Made by a program: the position numbers and the translations under genes
Shown: piece by piece, positions 26,390-35,034 of the stretch
How the letters are laid out: the number at the start of each line of letters is the position of its first letter
Position numbering within the stretch: position 1 is the first letter of the stretch
Source of the DNA: Candidatus Thorarchaeota archaeon
GTDB taxonomy: Archaea > Asgardarchaeota > Thorarchaeia > Thorarchaeales > Thorarchaeaceae
DNA: 42,406 nucleotides
Reading direction: 5' to 3'
NCBI GenBank assembly: GCA_048884945.1
Contig: JBHLQJ010000002.1
Coordinates: forward strand, 1-42,406
Notes under the pieces: model-generated
What the model was told of the DNA's origin: nothing
Database searches by the model: none
What the model saw: only the letters and a program-made list of their open reading frames with translations

Positions 26390-26680
26390 ATGAAGCCAAG
26401 AACTATTGAACATTCTAAGTTCGAAATTAAATTTGAGATTGGTGGAGAGGGACATTCATTCCCAAATCTACTTCGTAAAACACTCTTGGAAGAGTCCTCG
26501 GTGGAGTTTGCTGGATATAATATTGAACATCCACTACTTGCAAGTCCAATCCTGACATTAAGGACAAAGCGGCGCCAGTCAAATGTTGTCCTAAGAGAAG
26601 CTCTGGAGAAGATGCTTGCAAGAACTGAAGAATTCCGTAAGAAATTCAAACAAGCAGTTCTAGACCATAATGTTGACTAA
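26390..26680 (+). CDS. rpoL: RNA polymerase subunit L (Rpo11)
   Basis: FEIGGEGHSFPNLLRKTLLE...VEFAGYNIEHPLL is the characteristic Rpb11/RpoL pattern. Confidence 0.8.
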   Translation: MKPRTIEHSKFEIKFEIGGEGHSFPNLLRKTLLEESSVEFAGYNIEHPLLASPILTLRTKRRQSNVVLREALEKMLARTEEFRKKFKQAVLDHNVD

Positions 26681-26683
26681 ACT

Positions 26684-27115
26684 ATGCCTAGGGCGGCCTT
26701 TCGTATGTGGGAGACCTTTGTCCAGCATCAATCCGTTGAAGAGATAATGAATGATAAAGGTCTAGCAAAGATAGGTGATGGTATTGTCAACCTATGTTAT
26801 TCTCTAGCGAAATCCAAAGTCCTTGGTAATGCTACAGGTGACAAAGTAAAGGATAGTATACTAGCTCGCGCAATCCGTGCAACGGAAGTTTACAGATATA
26901 TCTCTCACAGAACCGATTCCGGAAAAGCGGCTGATGCTTACGAAGCAATAATAGCATACTTGTGGATGAGAGATAGAATAACAGTACAAGGAATGGTTGA
27001 AAACCTTGTTCAAACTCTTCGAATAGATTCAAAGACCAGTAGAAAGAGAGAAGAAGAGATTGCAGCTCATTCATTCCAACATTTCCTAGAGCAACACATT
27101 ACTTCGTTGCCCTAG
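26684..27115 (+). CDS. small RNase III-like domain protein (putative)
   Basis: GLAKIGDGIVNL resembles the RNase III signature (ERLEFLGDAVL). AADAYEAIIAYLW resembles ADAFEALIGAIY. 143 aa with no dsRBD. Confidence 0.4.
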   Translation: MPRAAFRMWETFVQHQSVEEIMNDKGLAKIGDGIVNLCYSLAKSKVLGNATGDKVKDSILARAIRATEVYRYISHRTDSGKAADAYEAIIAYLWMRDRITVQGMVENLVQTLRIDSKTSRKREEEIAAHSFQHFLEQHITSLP

Positions 27116-27183
27116 CCATTGAATGTACCCTGTCGTAATGCTTAATTGAAATGTAAACGCTCCAGCCGAGAAGTGATTATTTC

Positions 27184-27507
27184 ATGGAATTCTGTGACAA
27201 ATGTGGTGCAATGATGATACCAACCACAGAGGATGATGGTAACAGAGTCCTAAAATGTAGAAGCTGTGGACATACAAAAAGCATCAAAGGGCGACTCACA
27301 GTTACTCAGACATTTGAGAAAACACCACGTGACAAGATAGTTGTTGTAGATGATGACGCTATTCCCATGCCTGTTACAAAGGAAACATGTCCAAAATGTG
27401 GAAACAATGATGCCTATTATTGGACTCTACAAACAAGACGCGGAGATGAAGGTGCAACAGAGTTCTATAGATGTACAGAGTGCAAGCACACATGGCGTCG
27501 GTACTGA
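27184..27507 (+). CDS. tfs: transcription factor S (TFS, TFIIS/Rpb9-like)
   Basis: N-terminal ribbon CDKCG...CRSCG. C-terminal ribbon CPKCGNNDAYYWTLQTRRGDEGATEFYRCTECKHTWR with an acidic DE loop. Confidence 0.85.
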   Translation: MEFCDKCGAMMIPTTEDDGNRVLKCRSCGHTKSIKGRLTVTQTFEKTPRDKIVVVDDDAIPMPVTKETCPKCGNNDAYYWTLQTRRGDEGATEFYRCTECKHTWRRY

Positions 27508-27564
27508 CAAATTTATAGCCTTCGAGATATAGCAACCTATGTATCGTATTGTTCAATCTCTCTT

Positions 27565-27963
27565 ATGATTCTGAATGGTGTAGTTAAAGTGACCGAAGAA
27601 AAGAGCTTCCCTCGTCGAGAACCATCTAAACTTACCACGATACGAAAACTATCTTCAAATACTCGAGGCCCTGTTAGAATAATGGGAATCGTTGTTGATG
27701 CTAGTCCGGGTCTTGTAGTTGTTCAAGACATATACGATGACGATGTAAAAAACGCAGGGAAAATCCAAGTCAGCGTTGAAGGATCTCTCGAAGTGAGTAA
27801 GAAATACATGTTTATTGGAGAAGTGACAGAGAAGACAATAGACACTGGAAAAGAACTCAGATTGAATGCATCAATCGCCCATAATATCGATAATTTAGAT
27901 ATTGTACTCTATAAAGAAGTTCGGGATATGGAGGGAAAGGTGACTAGAACAATGAGTGAATGA
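27565..27963 (+). CDS. small OB-fold-like protein (hypothetical)
   Basis: 132 aa. VRIMGIVVDASPGLVVVQD...IQVSVEG...KYMFIGEV gives a beta-rich OB-like pattern. It lies between tfs and pcna. Confidence 0.35.
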   Translation: MILNGVVKVTEEKSFPRREPSKLTTIRKLSSNTRGPVRIMGIVVDASPGLVVVQDIYDDDVKNAGKIQVSVEGSLEVSKKYMFIGEVTEKTIDTGKELRLNASIAHNIDNLDIVLYKEVRDMEGKVTRTMSE

Positions 27964-27976
27964 GGGATGGATAAAG

Positions 27977-28729
27977 ATGTTTCATGCAACTCTTGAAAGT
28001 AGCAAAACATGGAGGCAAATAGTTGATGCTTTGGCAACATTACTCACAGAAGCTCATTTCTTAATCAGGAATGACGGAATCTCACTTACTCAATACGACT
28101 CTTCAAGAGCTGCAATGGTTGATCTTTTTCTCCCATCGACTACATTCCAAGAGTACAACTGTAAGGGAGAACACGAAGTCAGCTTAGGATTAGATGAGCT
28201 CGTCAAAGTGAGTAAACGAATCGCTGGTGATGATAGACTTGAATTTTACCTAGACCAATCTCAGAATCGTTTTGAGATTAGGATGGTCGGCCAAGCTGAA
28301 CGAACATTCAAGATTCAACTATTGACACCCCCAGAAGAGAGGACCAAAAAAATTAGTCCAACGTTCGAAACACATGCTGAAATGTTCTCTGATGCATTCA
28401 AGCAAGTAGTAAAGGACATCGGTGTCGTTTCAAACCATATAAAAATCACTGTAACTAAGGAATCACTAGGCTTTGGCGGAGTTGGTGATGTTGGCGAGGC
28501 TGAGGTTTCCTTAAAACTTGGAGATGACTCTCTTTTATATCAATTAGAGGTGAAACAAGATGCCACTGCGATGTATGCTCTATCTTATCTCTTAGAAATT
28601 GCAAAAGCAATCTCAAGTGATACCTTAATCCTCCGAATGACCGAGAATAAACCCGTGATGCTTGAATTCTCAATTGCAGAAGGTGGAGTCATTAAATTCC
28701 TTTTGGCTCCAAGGATAGAGAGAAGATAG
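27977..28729 (+). CDS. pcna: PCNA sliding clamp, paralog 1
   Basis: MFHATLESSKTWRQIVDALATLL ... FLLAPRIE C-terminus. 250 aa. ATG at 27977 follows GAGGG. Confidence 0.9.
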   Translation: MFHATLESSKTWRQIVDALATLLTEAHFLIRNDGISLTQYDSSRAAMVDLFLPSTTFQEYNCKGEHEVSLGLDELVKVSKRIAGDDRLEFYLDQSQNRFEIRMVGQAERTFKIQLLTPPEERTKKISPTFETHAEMFSDAFKQVVKDIGVVSNHIKITVTKESLGFGGVGDVGEAEVSLKLGDDSLLYQLEVKQDATAMYALSYLLEIAKAISSDTLILRMTENKPVMLEFSIAEGGVIKFLLAPRIERR

Positions 28730-28914
28730 CGACAAGCTACTATATTTTGCCTATAAAGGAGAGTCTAATTCTACCGAGAGGCACATTTTAAATGCGGAAT
28801 CCTTTTTGAGAATCTAGTTCAAAGATATGGAGCGACACTGACTGCTTAAATGATATTGCATCATTTTGATTCAAATGTCAGTTCGCGCATCAACAGACAA
28901 TTGGAGATAATGGC

Positions 28915-29670
28915 ATGTTTCACGCGACTCTCGATAGCACCAAAACCTGGAAACAGATTGTGGATGCCCTTGCTACCTTGCTTACAGAAGCACATTTTCG
29001 TGTGTCTGAATCCGGAATATCACTTCGTCAGCTCGACTCATCAAAAGCAGCAATGGTTGATTTGACCCTTCCATCAGGAATCTTTCAGGAGTATTCATGT
29101 AAGGGCGAACATGACATTTGCTTGGGTATTGATGAACTCGCCAAGGTGAGCAAAAGGATGGCTGGAGATGAGCACCTTGAGTTTAATCTTGACGAGTCTG
29201 AAAAACGGTTTGAGATTAGAATGGTTGGACAAGCGAGCAGAGTGTTTAAACTTCAGCTCCTCACCCCACCAGATGAACCGACAAAGAAACCTGGAATTCA
29301 GTTTGATGTGAAAGCAGAATTATTAGCCGACACTTTCAAACAAGCAATCAAGGACATTGGCGTCGTTTCTAGTCATGTGAAAATCAGCGCGGAATCAGAA
29401 CAACTCAACTTCGCTGGTGAAGGTGATACTGGTGAAGCCAATGTTGCACTAACAACTAAGGGTGATGCTCCAGCTCTTTTCCAGCTGGAAGTATCAGGTA
29501 AATCCGCGGCAATGTATGCACTCAACTACCTTAGCGAAATCTCAAAAGCGATTGCTAGTGACAGCCTAATGCTTCAATTCACATCCAACAAACCGATGAT
29601 GTTGGAATTTCCAATAGCAGAAGCTGGAAGTATAAGCTTCGTCCTTGCACCACGTGTAGAACGAAGATAA
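28915..29670 (+). CDS. pcna: PCNA sliding clamp, paralog 2
   Basis: MFHATLDSTKTWKQIVDALATLL ... FVLAPRVE. 251 aa. GGAG lies upstream of the ATG. Confidence 0.9.
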   Translation: MFHATLDSTKTWKQIVDALATLLTEAHFRVSESGISLRQLDSSKAAMVDLTLPSGIFQEYSCKGEHDICLGIDELAKVSKRMAGDEHLEFNLDESEKRFEIRMVGQASRVFKLQLLTPPDEPTKKPGIQFDVKAELLADTFKQAIKDIGVVSSHVKISAESEQLNFAGEGDTGEANVALTTKGDAPALFQLEVSGKSAAMYALNYLSEISKAIASDSLMLQFTSNKPMMLEFPIAEAGSISFVLAPRVERR

Positions 29671-29721
29671 GAAAACAAGAAGTACCAAATACATTGGGTC
29701 CAATTCGCGGGGTTCTAGTGC

Positions 29722-31110
29722 ATGTCAAGTCAGAGCCAAGGTTTCACAAGCACGGTCTTGAAACTGCGATTCATGTTCCATGAGTACTACAAGTCCAACC
29801 CTGACTCTATTGACATTCCGGATAAAATCCACAATAGAGAGTTTGGTATTCAAAGTTGGGAATACAATTGGTATTGCCCTATGAGGAAAGGTCGTGACGA
29901 GGCTGGTCGGAATAAGGCAATAGGATGTGGACAGTCTGGGACATCATTCACAAACATCAAAATATGTCCAAATTGCGGATCTACTGACATCCAGACAACT
30001 ACATGGAAACGACATGTAGGTTATTTGAACCGTGATGAACTCGTCCGAGATTTGGTATCGGTAGCTCCTCACAGTGTCTATCATTCAGCGGCATTCTACA
30101 AGATTCCAGTCGCACGGCATATGAATGAAAAAGAATGGTTTGGAGCTGAGCTTGTCTTCGATATTGATGCAGATCATCTAGAATTACCATGTGCAAAAAA
30201 TCATGACGCATGGCGATGTAATGCTGAGAACTGTCATAAAACCGGAATTGGCACTCCGCCTGAGCGTTGTCCAGACTGTGATGGCACGAGTTTCAGTACA
30301 AGAAAGTGGGTATGTGAGAACTGTCTAGCCGAAGCTAAGAAATACACGAAGAAGCTCTATGATGAGTTCATCGTGACTGATTTTGGATTCAGTCCTGAAT
30401 CTATTCAACTTAATTACAGTGGTCATAGAGGATATCATATTCGTATTCGCGATCCCCGGGCTTTTACACTTGATTCGAATGGTCGTATTCAGATAGTACA
30501 CTACGTCATGGGTCTTGGTTTCAACACCGAGAAAGTCATTGTAAATCAAGGTGGAGTGGATAGAATACCAGACCGCGTCTTTCCAGGATGGGCTGGCAAA
30601 ATAGCTGATGCTATTGTAGATTTTGTACGAAACATAGAATCATACGATGGAACTGAGAGATGGGTCAAACCACTTAGAAAAGGAAAAGTCGCAGCCCTTG
30701 ATGGACTGCTAAGAACCCCTCCTATTTTGAATAAAGAAGCAAGAGATATTGGATTAAAGTCTTGGCAAGAAATCGCTGAGAAAGCAGCAGAGTTCTATGG
30801 TGGTGAGATAGACCGTCCGGTGACCCATGATGTTCACAGAGTTATTCGCTTAATTGGTAGTCTAAATGGAAAGACTGGATTTATGGTCAACAAGCTTACC
30901 AGAGATCAACTAGATGACTTCGATCCTTTTCGTGATGCAATTGTCTTTAATGATGGACAAATGAAGGTTAAATTTCTGCGCAAATCTCCTGGTGTCCCCC
31001 TTTTCAGAATTGGTGACGACACCTATGGTCCATATCATGGAGAATCCGTTGAATTACCAACAGCAGCAGCAGCATTTGTGTTATGCAAAGGAGTTGCTAT
31101 CATTGAGTGA
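29722..31110 (+). CDS. priS: DNA primase small (catalytic) subunit PriS with extra N-terminal zinc ribbon
   Basis: Catalytic LVFDIDADH, SGHRGYHIRI and RVIRLIGSLNGKTG motifs. Zn-knuckle C..H..C..CPDCDG. An additional CPMRKG..CGQSG..CPNCGS ribbon lies between the REFG and RH segments. Confidence 0.85.
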   Translation: MSSQSQGFTSTVLKLRFMFHEYYKSNPDSIDIPDKIHNREFGIQSWEYNWYCPMRKGRDEAGRNKAIGCGQSGTSFTNIKICPNCGSTDIQTTTWKRHVGYLNRDELVRDLVSVAPHSVYHSAAFYKIPVARHMNEKEWFGAELVFDIDADHLELPCAKNHDAWRCNAENCHKTGIGTPPERCPDCDGTSFSTRKWVCENCLAEAKKYTKKLYDEFIVTDFGFSPESIQLNYSGHRGYHIRIRDPRAFTLDSNGRIQIVHYVMGLGFNTEKVIVNQGGVDRIPDRVFPGWAGKIADAIVDFVRNIESYDGTERWVKPLRKGKVAALDGLLRTPPILNKEARDIGLKSWQEIAEKAAEFYGGEIDRPVTHDVHRVIRLIGSLNGKTGFMVNKLTRDQLDDFDPFRDAIVFNDGQMKVKFLRKSPGVPLFRIGDDTYGPYHGESVELPTAAAAFVLCKGVAIIE

Positions 31111-31717
31111 GCTAGGGTATAACGATATCAAATCTACATGGGAGAACGAAGTACAGAATGAAATTCTTCAAGATTTAGGTGACCTACGACTAAACAAAAT
31201 GATATCGTATCTCTCTAGTGTTCGTTTATCACTAGCATCTATGGATGCTGAAAAACGAGTCCAAGCTGATATACTCACACAAGAAGCTCTAAATCTCGAG
31301 TTCATGATTGAAGATCTTTTGACACTCCGAAGACAGAAGATATTGAAAGCTGCAATGTCTGGACACAAGCCTACTGGTGATATGACACTCGCAGAGGAAG
31401 AACTATACAATAGAACCCAACGAGCTCTTGATGGTCACACAGAGTTTATTGCAGACTCTCTAGCTGGGACTAAACCAAAGAAGGCAAAGAAAGGCGACGA
31501 TTCAGAACAATCCACAGCTCCCTCCTCCTCTGAAATGGTTGATTACGTGACTGTTAGATTTCTCCAACCAATCGGTGATGCCTTTTTGGGTATTGATGAG
31601 AAGACGTATGGGCCTTTCAAGAAGGAAGATGTTGCTATGATTCCTGCAGCTAATGCCAGAACTTGGTTGCGGGATGGCACAGTTGTCCGCATTGTCACTG
31701 AGGAGGATTTCTCTTAA
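31103..31717 (+). CDS. gins51: GINS subunit (Gins51/Gins15-type)
   Basis: A-domain helices with LRRQKILKAA. B-domain VTVRFLQPIGDAFLGIDEKTYGPFKKEDVAMIPAANARTWLRDG. TTG at 31103 follows AAAGGAG (31087-31093) and overlaps the priS stop. The track start at 30992 lies inside priS. Confidence 0.65.
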   Translation: MSELGYNDIKSTWENEVQNEILQDLGDLRLNKMISYLSSVRLSLASMDAEKRVQADILTQEALNLEFMIEDLLTLRRQKILKAAMSGHKPTGDMTLAEEELYNRTQRALDGHTEFIADSLAGTKPKKAKKGDDSEQSTAPSSSEMVDYVTVRFLQPIGDAFLGIDEKTYGPFKKEDVAMIPAANARTWLRDGTVVRIVTEEDFS

Positions 31718-32004
31718 TGAAAAAAGAAGATATAGATACTGAAATATCTGCACTCCTTTATTTCATCAATGAATCCCGTGACCAAGTCGCTTTGGAACAC
31801 GATAAATTCCAAGTCGCGCTCACTAACACACTTCGACTACTTGATGAGAGCAGCTCAACGCTCATTAAAATGAAAGGTAATGTAAAGTCACTAAAGTCAT
31901 ATCTAATCAGAACAAGTACCGAGATTCGTAATAGTTCGTTAGGTCAATTCGATAGCATAAAAGATAGAGTTGAGAGAATATATAAACTGCTACAAGCCCT
32001 TTAG
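31717..32004 (+). CDS. small coiled-coil protein translationally coupled to GINS
   Basis: 95 aa. ATG overlaps the GINS TAA (TAATG). GAGGAGGA SD at 31700-31707. Heptad-like helical sequence with no family recognised. Confidence 0.5.
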   Translation: MKKEDIDTEISALLYFINESRDQVALEHDKFQVALTNTLRLLDESSSTLIKMKGNVKSLKSYLIRTSTEIRNSSLGQFDSIKDRVERIYKLLQAL

Positions 32005-32044
32005 TATCGAAAGTACTAAGAGTACAGTAAGCACTGCTAAGTTC

Positions 32045-32233
32045 ATGTCATTGCACCGGAAATGGCTCTTTTACTTGACTGGCTTAGTGTGTATAGCGCT
32101 TGCAGTAGCAGGTGGACTACTGTATCCTGATACCCAGTGGGGTATACTGGCTCCAGTTTCTTTCGTGCTTGTAGTGTCTCTTGTCGCAATCGGTCTTCTT
32201 CGCTTGATATATTTGAAGGGACTTCCGGAGTAA
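32045..32233 (+). CDS. small two-TM membrane protein (hypothetical)
   Basis: MSLHRKWLFYLTGLVCIALAVAGGLLYPDTQWGILAPVSFVLVVSLVAIGLLRLIYL has two hydrophobic helices. I trimmed the start to the ATG at 32045. Confidence 0.3.
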   Translation: MSLHRKWLFYLTGLVCIALAVAGGLLYPDTQWGILAPVSFVLVVSLVAIGLLRLIYLKGLPE

Positions 32234-32352
32234 TTTCTTACGCTTAATATCATTGAACTACGCTATTCGTCGTTTCTGCAAACTTTTAATATGGGCTCTC
32301 AAATCGCTCACCCAACTGGCAAAATAGCCTTACACACAAATGGTGCACACCC

Positions 32353-32895
32353 ATGGCTGAAACAAAAGAACCGACTGAGTTCCCAGTCACGTTGATTGAC
32401 CCTATTGAAATGTCGAAACTTGACAGCAAATTCCGGGAAGAGATTCATAGCATGCCAAATGGCGAGGAGCTTTCTGCATGCTTTGCTTGTTCAACCTGCA
32501 CTGCGGCATGTCCCATTGCAAACATTTGGAAATACAAACCACATCAGTTAATCCGAATGATACTATTAGGTATGCGTGATGAAGTTCTCTCTTCTGATGA
32601 AATCTGGCTTTGTCTGACGTGTTTCCAGTGTCAAGAAAGGTGTCCCCAAAAAGTACGAGTAACTGACATTTTCTTTGACTGTAAAAACCTAGCTGCTGAA
32701 CAAGGAAAAGTTCCACCAAATATCGTCAACCTAGGCAGAGAACTGCTTGAGAAAGGCCAACTCTATACTGTCACAGCTGACTGGGAACGTGAAGACATGG
32801 GTCTAGAACCCGAAGTACCAGGTTTAGCAGTTGATGCTGTAAAAGAAATTCTAAAAGAAACCCGAACAAGCAAGCTTGTGGGTGGTGGTGAGTAG
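32353..32895 (+). CDS. hdrC: heterodisulfide reductase subunit C-like (2x[4Fe-4S])
   Basis: CFACSTCTAACP and CLTCFQCQERCP motifs. 180 aa. It directly precedes hdrB. Confidence 0.8.
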   Translation: MAETKEPTEFPVTLIDPIEMSKLDSKFREEIHSMPNGEELSACFACSTCTAACPIANIWKYKPHQLIRMILLGMRDEVLSSDEIWLCLTCFQCQERCPQKVRVTDIFFDCKNLAAEQGKVPPNIVNLGRELLEKGQLYTVTADWEREDMGLEPEVPGLAVDAVKEILKETRTSKLVGGGE

Positions 32896-32896
32896 G

Positions 32897-33763
32897 GTGC
32901 CGGTTTACAATTTATACATGGGCTGCAGTGTGCCAGCAAACTATCCAAATTACGAAACGGCAATGATCAAAGTCGCTACAGCCTTTGATATGCAATTGGA
33001 GTACATGGAAGGAGTCGCCTGCTGCGGAAGCCCCAATCTTCGTGCAATCGATTACATGGGATGGCTCACTGTAAATGCAAGGACATTGGCTATTGCTGAG
33101 AAAAACGGACACGACATCGTCACACCGTGCAATGGATGTTTTGGATCTCTCAAAGACACTTACCACTTTCTCAAGCATGATAATGATTATAGAAAGAAAG
33201 TCAATACCGCTCTGAAGAAGGAAGGTCTTGAATTCAAAGGCACAATAGTCCCTCGCCATTTTGTAGAGGCTCTCTATACAGACATTGGGATTGATGAAAT
33301 TAGGAAGAAGGTCACAAAACCCCTTGATGGTGTAGGAATTGCGATTCACTACGGTTGTCACGTTTTACGTCCAGCTGATGTGACTGAATTCAGACCAGAA
33401 TATCTAGACGAGTTAATCAAGGTCACTGGAGCATCGGTTGTAGAATATCCAATATGGAAACAATGTTGTGGTGCAACTATTCTTCCCGTCAACGAAAATC
33501 TAGGAATTAGACTGGCTCGTGACAAACTCAAATCGATGAAAGAATCCGGAGCTGAGTTCATTACTGTTGTCTGTCCAGCTTGTGGAAATCAATTGGATTT
33601 ACAACAGCTCGGTTTGAAAGAATCATATGGGGAAGAGTACAATCTACCAGTTCTTCTGTATCCCCAGATACTTGGTCTAGCATTGGGAATGGATGAGGAA
33701 GAGGTAGGACTTAGCATGAACAGAGTTCCTGCAGACCCAATTTTGAATCATTTGACCGGATGA
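32897..33763 (+). CDS. hdrB: heterodisulfide reductase subunit B-like (two CCG domains)
   Basis: YMGCSVP, VACCGSPN, KQCCGA and VCPACG motifs. GTG at 32897 follows GGTGGTGGTGAG and lies just after the hdrC stop. Confidence 0.85.
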   Translation: MPVYNLYMGCSVPANYPNYETAMIKVATAFDMQLEYMEGVACCGSPNLRAIDYMGWLTVNARTLAIAEKNGHDIVTPCNGCFGSLKDTYHFLKHDNDYRKKVNTALKKEGLEFKGTIVPRHFVEALYTDIGIDEIRKKVTKPLDGVGIAIHYGCHVLRPADVTEFRPEYLDELIKVTGASVVEYPIWKQCCGATILPVNENLGIRLARDKLKSMKESGAEFITVVCPACGNQLDLQQLGLKESYGEEYNLPVLLYPQILGLALGMDEEEVGLSMNRVPADPILNHLTG

Positions 33764-33774
33764 GGTGAAATAAA

Positions 33775-35025
33775 GTGACTAATCCGGTCCTTATCATTGG
33801 AGCCGGCGTTGCAGGCATGACTGCTGCAGTTGAGCTTGCAGACTCTGGGATTAAGACAATCCTTGTGGAACGACAGAGATCAGCAGGAGGTAACGCTTTG
33901 GTTCTTTACAAGGCATTTCCAACCGATGACTGTTTCTACTGCTTCGAGGGGAACCGCTGGCGTCCGGGAATCCGTAAATGCTTCTATAGGAGCGCGCTTA
34001 CAGATCAACCCAATATTGCTTTAAAGATGAATAGTGAAGTAGACGAAATCTCAGGCAGTCCTGGTAAATTTACTGTAAAACTGAACGTAGGTCCTGTGTA
34101 TGTCCATCCAAAGAAATGTACACTATGCGGACTTTGTATGGAAAAGTCTCAGGCTTTCTTTCTACTATCACCACAGTGCCAACCACAGGCAGTAATGTAT
34201 GACCCAACGAAAGCTGATGATGGTGCAAAACAGGCTGAAGATGAATGTCCAACAAAGGCAATCAATCTTAGTGCTCAACCAACAGAAGAAACAGTTCAAG
34301 TTTCAGACATTGTAATTGCAACTGGTTATCATGAGTTACAACCGACCAACATGGATGAATACTATTATGGAAAACATCCTAACATCATCACCCAACTAGA
34401 ACTGGCCAAGATTATCGATCCGATTGGAACCTCAAATGGGGCTCTGTTAAGACCCTCTGATGGAAAGCCCGCAAAACGAGTGATGATGGTACAGTGTGTT
34501 GGAAGCAGGGATGAGAATTACTATCCTTATTGTTCCAAAATTTGCTGTATCTTCGCTCTCAAACATGCAAATATACTCACACAGGAGAGAAACGATGTTC
34601 GAATAAGTGTAGTATACATGGATATCCGTACATATGACAGGTATGAACGATATTACCGCGAATCTCGAAATTCCGGAGTGGAGTTTATCAGAGGTAGAAT
34701 CACTCTCATTGAGCCACGAAAAGATGGTGCCTTAGATATAACAGTCTATGACTCACTCTTGAACAGATATCTCAAATTCCCTGTGGACATTTTTGTTCTC
34801 TCGTCAGCCCTCGAACCTCCTAAAGGGACTGACAAACTCATTGAAACACTTGGAATAAAGTCTGCAAGTGGATTTGTTGGAATTGCAGATCAAGCTTCAG
34901 AGAATGAAGTGGTGGTCGGTGACCATATCTATGCTTGTGGAACCGCACTTGGTCCTGCAGAAGTTCCTGAAAGTGTGACTCAGGCACGTGCAGTAGTGTC
35001 TAAGATTCTCCAGAGTAGGAAGTGA
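33775..35025 (+). CDS. hdrA: short HdrA-like FAD flavoprotein
   Basis: VLIIGAGVAGMTAAVELADSG dinucleotide fold, FPTDDCFYC and MVQCVGSRDENYYPYCSKICC (HdrA-type Cys cluster). 416 aa, lacking C-terminal ferredoxin domains. GTG start after GAGGTGA. Confidence 0.7.
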   Translation: MTNPVLIIGAGVAGMTAAVELADSGIKTILVERQRSAGGNALVLYKAFPTDDCFYCFEGNRWRPGIRKCFYRSALTDQPNIALKMNSEVDEISGSPGKFTVKLNVGPVYVHPKKCTLCGLCMEKSQAFFLLSPQCQPQAVMYDPTKADDGAKQAEDECPTKAINLSAQPTEETVQVSDIVIATGYHELQPTNMDEYYYGKHPNIITQLELAKIIDPIGTSNGALLRPSDGKPAKRVMMVQCVGSRDENYYPYCSKICCIFALKHANILTQERNDVRISVVYMDIRTYDRYERYYRESRNSGVEFIRGRITLIEPRKDGALDITVYDSLLNRYLKFPVDIFVLSSALEPPKGTDKLIETLGIKSASGFVGIADQASENEVVVGDHIYACGTALGPAEVPESVTQARAVVSKILQSRK

Positions 35026-35034
35026 AACTAACAG

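Noticed and set aside
28850-29065. 71-aa ORF overlapping the start of PCNA-2
   Set aside because: It is out of frame with a strongly supported PCNA gene and has no motifs.
27977-29670. PCNA duplication as an assembly artefact
   Set aside because: The copies differ at about a third of residues and at most synonymous sites, and a unique 185-nt spacer separates them. This is not the signature of a collapsed or duplicated assembly.
30992-31102. N-terminal part of the track ORF 30992-31717, including a QQQQQ run
   Set aside because: It lies entirely inside priS in another frame. The poly-Q is the alternative reading of the GCA-GCA-GCA codons for Ala in PriS. A TTG with SD at 31103 gives a normal-length GINS.
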